Assembly: GCA_034667685.1 (NCBI GenBank)
Contig: JAXDQU010000011.1
Coordinates: forward strand, 14,230 to 78,229
Reading direction: 5' to 3'
Origin: Thermoplasmata archaeon
Lineage (GTDB): Archaea; Thermoplasmatota; SW-10-69-26; JACQPN01; JAJPHT01
DNA length: 64,000 nt
In this document: positions 57,334-64,000 of the stretch, piece by piece
Position numbering within the stretch: the first letter of the stretch is position 1
How the letters are laid out: every line of letters starts with the position of its first letter
Program-made: the position numbers and the translations under genes
The notes under the pieces: generated by a model
Database searches by the model: none
What the model was told of the DNA's origin: nothing
Seen by the model: only the letters and a program-made list of their open reading frames with translations

Positions 57334-58505
57334 GCGCCCTTCGCCATGGCGACGGCTTCGGCCTGCGAGAGGCGCGTGGTCCACGCGGTCAGCGTGAACG
57401 TGCCCTTGAACGCGGCCGCGCCGTCGCCCTCGGGGAGCACGTGGAACTCCCACGTCGTCCGGTTGGAGTACGTGGTGTCCGTCTGCCCGGGCTGGATGGG
57501 CAGCACGAAGATGCGGCTCGTGTCGCCCTCGACCGTCACGGGCATCGCGCCGGAGCTGGGGAAGTTCTGCTCCTGGTAGGTGACGCGCAGCTTGGGCATC
57601 TGCGGGCCCGCGGGCGTCCAGTTGAGCAGCACGACGACGTTCGCGGCGCCCTCGGGCACGATGCGGCCGCCGGTCGCGGGGATACGCGCGGACTCGTTGG
57701 CCTGCCGCGCCGTCGCGGCGACGTCGCTCTGCGTCGGGGGTGTCGTGCCCTTCGGAAGGAGCGCGGTGGGGTCGGGCGCCGTGACGTTGCCCGCCTGCGC
57801 GGTGGCGACGGTGCCCAGGTCCATCGTGACGGACTTCACGAGGTCCAGCGCCTCGCCGCCCTGCCACCAGTTGAAGTGCGGCGGGTCGATGAAGAGCGGC
57901 CGGCCGATCGTCGCCCGCACGACGACGTGGACCTGGTTCGTGGGCGCGCCGGCGTTGCTCGCGTCGGTGGAGGGCATCGCGGTGAGGTTGAACGCCCAGA
58001 GCGACTTCTGCCGGTGGGGCACGTCGCACATGCTCTCCGAGGTCGGGATGATCACGGGCGAGCCGCTCGCGGCGTCCTTGATCGTCGCGAAGTCGTTGCT
58101 GTCGCTGGGCCGGTACGTGAGGTTGATGACGCCCGTCGCGGGCGCGGGCCACGTCACGTTCACCGTGAGGTAGCCGGTCTCGGGCGGCACGATGACGCCC
58201 TGGGGAAGCTCGAGGATCGCGGAGAGACCCCCGACGCTGGGCTGGAGCTGGAGGTCCTGGTCGGCAAGGATGATCGTGGGCTTGCCGTGCCAGTAGTCGT
58301 GGAAGTGCCAGCGCGCGCTCGTGCCGTTGATCGGCGCCGCGTCGGGCATCGCCATCGACCTCGGGGCGCCGGTGGCCGCGGAGCCCCCGCCGATGGTGCC
58401 GCCGCTGACGCTGGCCGCGGGCGTGTCGTGCTTGGACGCGCACCCGGCGAGCGCCGGCAGGACGAGGGCCAGGACGGCCCACGCGGCGAGGCGGCTGGGG
58501 ACCAC
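57330..58505 (-). CDS. Lipoprotein, HxHDYW family paralog 4 (more divergent)
   Basis: LAGC; HFHDYWHGK, CDVPH...SLWAF, PPH, DTTY...WEF. Confidence 0.75.
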   Translation of the reverse strand: MVPSRLAAWAVLALVLPALAGCASKHDTPAASVSGGTIGGGSAATGAPRSMAMPDAAPINGTSARWHFHDYWHGKPTIILADQDLQLQPSVGGLSAILELPQGVIVPPETGYLTVNVTWPAPATGVINLTYRPSDSNDFATIKDAASGSPVIIPTSESMCDVPHRQKSLWAFNLTAMPSTDASNAGAPTNQVHVVVRATIGRPLFIDPPHFNWWQGGEALDLVKSVTMDLGTVATAQAGNVTAPDPTALLPKGTTPPTQSDVAATARQANESARIPATGGRIVPEGAANVVVLLNWTPAGPQMPKLRVTYQEQNFPSSGAMPVTVEGDTSRIFVLPIQPGQTDTTYSNRTTWEFHVLPEGDGAAAFKGTFTLTAWTTRLSQAEAVAMAKGA

Positions 58506-58594
58506 GGCGACCCATCCAGGCCGGCCGCTCTTGAGGATTGTGGAGAGGTCCTTCGACGGAAGCCCATAAGGACGCCCCGCCCGCTCGCCGGGGG

Positions 58595-59077
58595 ATGCGC
58601 GCCACCCGCGTCCGCCAGCACGTCCGGGCGCCCCGCGCGCAGGTGTACCGCGCGCTGCTGGACCCGCGCGCCCTCGCGCGTTGGCGCGTGCCGGACGGGA
58701 TGCGGGCCCAGGTCCACGTCTTCGAGCCGCGCGAGGGCGGCGCGGTGCGCGTGTCGCTCACGTACGACGCGCCCACGAATGCCGGCAAGACCACGCCCCA
58801 GACCGACACGTACCATGGCCGCTTCCTCCGGCTCGTCGAGGACGAGGAGGTCGTCGAACGTCTTGCGTTCGAGACGGCCGACCCCACGATGCAGGGCGAC
58901 ATGACGATCACGTTCCGGCTCTCCGACGCGCAAGGTGGGACCGACGTGCTCGGTCTCCACGAGGACGTCCCGCCGGGCGTCCGGCTCGCGGACAACGAGC
59001 GGGGCTGGCGCATGGCGTTGGCCAAGCTGGCGGCGTGGGTCGAGGCCAAGGCCCCGCCGGAGCCAGGCGTTTCGTGA
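58595..59077 (+). CDS. SRPBCC/AHSA1 family protein
   Basis: VYRALLDP..LARWRVPDGM, GGAVRVSL, DNERGW..ALAKLA. Confidence 0.85.
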   Translation: MRATRVRQHVRAPRAQVYRALLDPRALARWRVPDGMRAQVHVFEPREGGAVRVSLTYDAPTNAGKTTPQTDTYHGRFLRLVEDEEVVERLAFETADPTMQGDMTITFRLSDAQGGTDVLGLHEDVPPGVRLADNERGWRMALAKLAAWVEAKAPPEPGVS

Positions 59078-59220
59078 GGACGGCGCACGAAGCGCGCCTC
59101 GAACGTGGCTCGCGGGACGCCACGCGCGGCGATTCCCGGAGAAGCGTCTTATGTCGCCCGTCCATCTCGATGCCACATGCCGGAGGGCCGGAATCCTTAT
59201 GCCATCATGATGGCAACAGG

Positions 59221-59475
59221 ATGGAGGTTGCTCCCGTGCGGCTGACCGCGCGGGGGAAGCCCGTGGCGCTGAGCAAGCACGCCGCCCAGGCGTTGGGCAA
59301 CGAGCGGCCCGAGATCCACGAGTGGGACGTGATCCACGTCCTGGAGGAGCCCGATGAAGACGACCCAGAGAACGGCGCGAGGAAGCGTATCGGCAGGCGG
59401 ACGATCATCGTCCGGTACGAGGACCTCGGCGAGGAGATCTTCGTCCGGACCGTCAGCGCCACCCGATCGGCCTAA
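59221..59475 (+). CDS. DUF4258-like putative toxin (paralog of 16597)
   Basis: LSKHAAQAL.NE...DVIHVLEEPD...IIVRY...VRTVS. Confidence 0.55.
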   Translation: MEVAPVRLTARGKPVALSKHAAQALGNERPEIHEWDVIHVLEEPDEDDPENGARKRIGRRTIIVRYEDLGEEIFVRTVSATRSA

Positions 59476-59476
59476 C

Positions 59477-59821
59477 ATGCTCTGCCCCAACGACCGCGGG
59501 CACGGGCGGATGCAACCCGCGCTCATCGAGATGGACTATCCGCGCGGCAAGATGCCCGCGGAGGGCATGCGCTGTCCGGTGTGCGGCGAGGAGGCGTTCT
59601 GGGCCGAGCAGGTCCACCACGCCCGCCGGCTGGCGGAGCGGCTCGGCCTGTACGGCCCCACGCGCAGCAGCAAGCGCAAGCTCCACCGCAGCGGCACGTC
59701 CGTCGTCGTCTCGCTCGACCCGACGCTCCTGCGCGAGGCGCTGGGCGGCGCGCAGCCGGGCGACGAGGTCGAGGTCAGCCAGCAGGGCGACGCCGTCGTG
59801 ATCCGGCGCGCGAGCGGGTAG
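59477..59821 (+). CDS. Putative antitoxin: Zn ribbon plus AbrB domain (paralog of 16832)
   Basis: CPNDRGHG...RCPVCGEE, LGLYG, RKLHRSGTSVVVSL...PGDEVEV. Confidence 0.65.
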   Translation: MLCPNDRGHGRMQPALIEMDYPRGKMPAEGMRCPVCGEEAFWAEQVHHARRLAERLGLYGPTRSSKRKLHRSGTSVVVSLDPTLLREALGGAQPGDEVEVSQQGDAVVIRRASG

Positions 59822-59851
59822 CTCCATATTCGAGACCGCCCATCGGAGCGC

Positions 59852-61111
59852 GTGCTCCTCCACGAGCCCTGCGCGAGGTGCGGCCGCACGCTGCTGGAGG
59901 TGCGGCAGGGCGCGACGCGCGACGCGATGCGCGGCAGCGCGCTCCTGTGCAGCGTGCCGGGCTGCCCGCTCGTGGAGAAGCTGCTCGGCTTCGCGGCGCC
60001 CAAGGTCAAGGGGCTGGAGCTCGTCGGGCCCTCGCCGCCCAGCGTGTTCGTGGGGCGCCATGGCTACCCCGACGTGAGCATGGGGCCGCTCCTGCCCGCG
60101 ACGCCGGAGAGCGCGCCCGCCCTCTCGGACTCGCCGGAGGACTGGAAGAAGCTCGACATCGCCACGATCCTCGCCATGCGCGCGCGGCTCTACCGGAGCA
60201 AGGCGCCCGTGCGCGTGGACGTGGCGCTCCCCACGCGCGCGCTGGAGGCCTCGCGCGAATTGGCGATGGCCGCGCGCCCCGTGGACGCCGAGGTCACGCT
60301 GAAGAAGCCGCTCAGGGTCACCGAGCCGGTCTCGCAGGTGGACGCCTTCGCCGCTCCGATGGGGCCCAGCGTGGACGTCGTCGACGCGCGATTGCTATCA
60401 AGCCCGAGCGTCCCGCGCAAGGTCGACGCGCTCGTCTCCGACGTGCACGCCGACGCCGCGACGGCGGTGAACGAGCTGTACGAAGGCGGCGTGCCCAACC
60501 ACCACATCCAGCGCCTGCTCTCCGTGGGCCTGCTGGGCGAAGGGGAGCGCCGGCGCCTCGTGCCCACGCGCTGGAGCATCACCGCCACCGACGACATCCT
60601 CGGCAAGCAGATGATCGAGGAGGTCAAGGAATTCGGCCTGCTCGACGCGCCGCTCGTGCACGCCGCGGACCTCTTCGGGAACTACTTCCAGGTGCTCCTG
60701 ATGCCGCGCGCCTGGAGCTACGAGATGATCGAGGCGTGGCACGAGGACGGGCGCTGGCAGCTCGGGCGCGACGCCGAGGGCTATCGCGGGCGCACGGCGT
60801 ACGTCGAGCAGGTCGCGGGCGCGTACTACGCCGCCCGGCTCTCGGTGCTGGAGCACCTCAAGCGCATCCGCCGCCAGGCCGCCGTGTTCGTGTACCGCGA
60901 GATCACCGACGAGTATTGGGCGCCGCTGGGCGTCTGGGTGATCCGCGAGGCGGTGAAGGCCGCGATGGACGCGAAGCCGCTCGTCTTCGGCGACCTGGAG
61001 AGCGCGCTGCGCCACGTGGCTCGGCGCTCGCGCTCGCAGGAGTGGACGAAGGTCGCCACCTCGCCGCGCGAGGCGCTGACGCAGCGGACGTTGCATGACT
61101 TCGACGCGTAG
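59852..61111 (+). CDS. nreA: Nre family archaeal DNA repair protein
   Basis: SPPSVFVGRHGYP, RRLVPTRWSITATDD, GAYYAARL, PLGVWVIRE; C-terminal PIP box QRTLHDF. Confidence 0.92.
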   Translation: MLLHEPCARCGRTLLEVRQGATRDAMRGSALLCSVPGCPLVEKLLGFAAPKVKGLELVGPSPPSVFVGRHGYPDVSMGPLLPATPESAPALSDSPEDWKKLDIATILAMRARLYRSKAPVRVDVALPTRALEASRELAMAARPVDAEVTLKKPLRVTEPVSQVDAFAAPMGPSVDVVDARLLSSPSVPRKVDALVSDVHADAATAVNELYEGGVPNHHIQRLLSVGLLGEGERRRLVPTRWSITATDDILGKQMIEEVKEFGLLDAPLVHAADLFGNYFQVLLMPRAWSYEMIEAWHEDGRWQLGRDAEGYRGRTAYVEQVAGAYYAARLSVLEHLKRIRRQAAVFVYREITDEYWAPLGVWVIREAVKAAMDAKPLVFGDLESALRHVARRSRSQEWTKVATSPREALTQRTLHDFDA

Positions 61112-61160
61112 CGAGGACGCAGCCAGAACCGACGAGCCGCCGGGCGGCCGAGCGCTCGGC

Positions 61161-61448
61161 ATGAAGGCCGCCACGATCGCCCTGATCCTGCTTGCTATCA
61201 CGCTCGTCGTCTCGCCCGCGCTCGCGCAGGGCGGCAACACCACCGTGAACAACAACTACAACAACCCGACGCCCTCGGGCGGGACGCCGCAAGTCAACGT
61301 GAACAACCCCACGCCCGTCGTCAACGTGAACAACCCGCAACAGTCCACCGCGGGCCTCGACACGACCACCATCCTCGTCATCGTCGTGGTCGCGGTGCTG
61401 GTCATCGCCCTCGTGGTCGGCCTGGCGGGCCGCAACCGCTGGTGGTAG
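61161..61448 (+). CDS. Small Asn-rich surface protein: signal peptide, NNP repeats, C-terminal TM
   Basis: SPALA-QGGNTTVNNNYNNP...VNVNNP x2...TM-RNRWW. Confidence 0.7.
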   Translation: MKAATIALILLAITLVVSPALAQGGNTTVNNNYNNPTPSGGTPQVNVNNPTPVVNVNNPQQSTAGLDTTTILVIVVVAVLVIALVVGLAGRNRWW

Positions 61449-61468
61449 CGAGGCCCAGCGGCCCCGCG

Positions 61469-61549
61469 GCGCTTCGCTTGCCGCCATCACGCCAAGACGC
61501 CAACACGCGGCGTGTTGGCGTCATGGCGTGATGGCGGAAAGCGAAGCGC
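61469..61549. repeat. Near-perfect 81-bp palindrome between convergent genes
   Basis: 40-bp arms matching at 38/40, containing the 8-mers CGCCATCA/CGCCAAGA/CGCCAACA. Confidence 0.9.
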
Positions 61550-61570
61550 GCAAAGCAACAGAACTTGGTT

Positions 61571-62968
61571 CTAGAGCGTCGGGAGCGCCGGCACCGTCAC
61601 GCGCTCCATCCGGCTCATCGCCGCCACCTGGCCCAGCCACGGGAACGTGTGCGAGCCGTGGCCGTCGCTGAGCGTCAGCGTCTCCTCCGTGCCCCAGAGC
61701 GCCGCGTCGGGATGCGCGCTCCCGTAGGGCAGGCAGAACACCGCCTGTCCGAGCGCCGAGGAGCACGAGATCGCGAGCGGCGCGTAGACGGCGCGGGCGT
61801 GGAAGCCCTCGTCGGAGCCGAGCAGGAAGCTCGGGATCGACTCGACCACCGGCACGAGCGGCAGGTCGCCTGGGCTCGCGGGCGCGCCGAAGAGGCTGGG
61901 CGCGCCGCTCTGCGAGAGGATGGTGCCGGGCGAGAGGTCGAACTCCATCACGTCGAGCCCTTCGCGGAACGTGCCCTCGCGCTCCACCGCGACGCCGTTG
62001 GCCAGGCGCAGGTCGAAGCGCCACGCGTGCTGCTCGCCGAAGGGCAGGTCGCGGTCGAACGTCCACGAGGCGCTCGCGACGCCCGGCTCCACGAGCCGCT
62101 GGATGCCGTCCACCGTGAGCGTGATGGACGCGACGTCCTTGGGCATGCACGACGAGAGGATGAACACGCGCGGCCGCATCTGGTACGCCCAGTCGCGCGG
62201 ACCCGTGATGGTGGTGAGGTCCACGAGCACGCGGATCACCTGGTTCGCAAGCTCCCACACCTGGCCCGTGGCGTCGTGGACGACCACGCGGAGGTCGTGC
62301 GTCGTCGTGCCCTCGATCATGGAGGGCACGAAGATCGTGACCTGCGTCACGATGCCGAGCCCTTTCACCGCCGAGACGAACGTCGCGGGCACCTGCTGGC
62401 CGTCGACGTAGGCGTCGATGGCGGTCGGCTCGAACGCGGCGACCAGCGTCATCTGCGCCGGCGGCGTGATGCATCCGGGCAGGTCGAGGATCGCGGCGGT
62501 GATGACCGGCGCGCGGACGGCCTTGACGCCGTCGAGCACGAGGTCGGTCACCGCGCTCGCGCTGGAGGGCGCGAAGCTCCAGGCGAACGTGTGCTGGCCC
62601 GACGGGAGCGCCACGTCGTAGGGCTCGTTGTCGTTGGCGAACTTCTCCACGGCCGCGCCATCAACCAGGAACGTGAGCGTCCCCTGCCTGGCCGTGGCGT
62701 GGAAGCCGAAGAGCGGAACGTCGGTCAACGTGAGCGAGTACGTCGACTTGCTGGACGACTCCAGCACGACGCCCGTGGCCTCCTGGACGAGCGACCACGG
62801 GCTCGCCGGCGGAGGACGGATGGCGTCGGCGGAGACGCCGAGCGATTTCGCGAGGGTGTCAAGGGCCGTCGAGCTTGCGACGGCGCCGGGCGCCGCGAGG
62901 AGCGGCAGCACGACGAGGGCGGCAAGGGCGATGGCGCACGCTGATGCAGAACGGATGGGCCTTCCCAA
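61571..62968 (-). CDS. Secreted beta-rich hypothetical protein
   Basis: Signal peptide; Ig-like segments (FLVDG, AYVDG, LTVDG). Confidence 0.7.
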   Translation of the reverse strand: MGRPIRSASACAIALAALVVLPLLAAPGAVASSTALDTLAKSLGVSADAIRPPPASPWSLVQEATGVVLESSSKSTYSLTLTDVPLFGFHATARQGTLTFLVDGAAVEKFANDNEPYDVALPSGQHTFAWSFAPSSASAVTDLVLDGVKAVRAPVITAAILDLPGCITPPAQMTLVAAFEPTAIDAYVDGQQVPATFVSAVKGLGIVTQVTIFVPSMIEGTTTHDLRVVVHDATGQVWELANQVIRVLVDLTTITGPRDWAYQMRPRVFILSSCMPKDVASITLTVDGIQRLVEPGVASASWTFDRDLPFGEQHAWRFDLRLANGVAVEREGTFREGLDVMEFDLSPGTILSQSGAPSLFGAPASPGDLPLVPVVESIPSFLLGSDEGFHARAVYAPLAISCSSALGQAVFCLPYGSAHPDAALWGTEETLTLSDGHGSHTFPWLGQVAAMSRMERVTVPALPTL

Positions 62969-63072
62969 ATGGATTCCCCGATGTCACGTGCGCCAGTGAC
63001 AACATGAAGCTATCGTGCGTCGCGGCGCTGCGATATCATTTGCGTGGCCGCTTGCCCGCGGCGGCGGGTGGA

Positions 63073-64000
63073 TCACTCCTTTCTGAAGATCCCGTAGTGG
63101 CGCGTCATGCTCTTGTGGACGCGCTGGTCGTGCGCCTGGACGAGCGTGAAATGCTTCGCGGCGCGCTCGCGCAGCTCGGCGCTGGGCGAGATGAGCGCGA
63201 GCCGGCCGCCGGGGCGCAGCGCCTCGTGGGCCGCGTGGAAGAAGCGCTCGTAGAGGGCCGTCCTCTCCTCGAAGTTGGTCGTGCTGCTCTGGCCGTAGGG
63301 CGGATCGGAGACGACGACGTCCAGCGGGCCCGCGAACTCCGGCAATTCGCCGACGTCGCGCGTCTCGATCGTGGCGCCTTGGACGCCGAACTTCTCCAGC
63401 GTCATGCGCGTGCCTTCCGCCATGCGCGGGTCGAGGTCGCTTCCGTGCACCTTCGCGCCCGCGAGCCCTGCTTCTAGTAGAAGGCCGCCGGTGCCGCAGA
63501 ACGGATCGGCCACGCGCTCGCCGGGCGCCACCTGCGCGAGGTTGACCAGCGCGCGGGCCCAGCGCGGGTGCAGGGAGACCGGGGCGAAGTGCGCGCGGTG
63601 CTTGACGTGGCGCGCCTCCAGCGCCTTGCGGTCGACCTCCGCGAGCAGCGCACCCACGTGCGCCTCCTCCGAGAGCAGCAGCCGGACGTCCACCTGCGGA
63701 TGCTCCAGGTCGACCTTGCCCGAGGTGGCGAGCACCGCGCCGATGGCGCGCACGGTGTCGGAGAGCGGCAGCTCCGCGTGGTGCCCCTCGAGGCGGCGCG
63801 CGCGGACGGCGAACGTCTGCCCCTTCAGGTCGAGGCGGCCGAAGGGCGGGATCATCACGCGCGGCGTGGCGACCGTGCTCCACCAGTGGGCGCTCACGGT
63901 GTGCGCCAGCGCCGCGCGCCGCGCCAGGAAGGAAGCGAGGTCGGAGCCGTCGGGGACGTCGAGGAGCGCCACGGCGCCGTCGCGCTCGGCCAGGCGCCCG
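63073..64000 (-). CDS. trm11: tRNA m2G10 methyltransferase Trm11/TrmG10 (5' end beyond the window)
   Basis: THUMP-like VDLEHP, PVSLHPRWARALVNL, DPFCGTGGLLLEA, SDPPYG, RVHKSMTR. Confidence 0.88.
   Translation of the reverse strand, partial: GRLAERDGAVALLDVPDGSDLASFLARRAALAHTVSAHWWSTVATPRVMIPPFGRLDLKGQTFAVRARRLEGHHAELPLSDTVRAIGAVLATSGKVDLEHPQVDVRLLLSEEAHVGALLAEVDRKALEARHVKHRAHFAPVSLHPRWARALVNLAQVAPGERVADPFCGTGGLLLEAGLAGAKVHGSDLDPRMAEGTRMTLEKFGVQGATIETRDVGELPEFAGPLDVVVSDPPYGQSSTTNFEERTALYERFFHAAHEALRPGGRLALISPSAELRERAAKHFTLVQAHDQRVHKSMTRHYGIFRKE

Noticed and set aside
62998-63012. ACAACATG upstream of the secreted protein at 62968, like the half-site at 26208
   Set aside because: A single 8-bp match without an inverted partner is too weak to claim shared regulation

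Overview
High-GC (about 70% or more, estimated by eye) archaeal chromosomal segment. The marker genes are an archaeal-type ThrRS, an Nre DNA-repair protein with a C-terminal PIP box, a Trm11/TrmG10 methyltransferase, a UPF0058 protein, a ThiR-like regulator, TATA-like boxes and two CCA-less tRNA-Arg genes. Thermoplasmatota is the most likely lineage (inference). Housekeeping genes (glnA, thrS, dcd, an Sdh/Frd operon, rnhA, nreA) are mixed with many accessory surface and secreted proteins. Main observations: (1) three repeated modules that pair a signal-peptide/ectodomain/TM/double winged-HTH 'receptor-transcription factor' with a small secreted Cys/Pro-rich protein, plus a fourth unpaired receptor, forming a candidate peptide-signalling system; (2) a strongly over-represented 8-bp palindrome TG(A/C)TA(G/T)CA, with 18 exact copies found, mostly inside genes and forcing rare codons; (3) four paralogous lipoproteins with conserved His motifs; (4) a GxxExxY nuclease gene bracketed by inverted repeats; (5) a composite REP-like palindromic element family and short-period hairpins; (6) two paralogous DUF4258-like/Zn-ribbon-AbrB toxin-antitoxin-like pairs. 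No CRISPR array, integrase, transposase or rRNA was recognised. All product calls come from motif recognition, not database searches.
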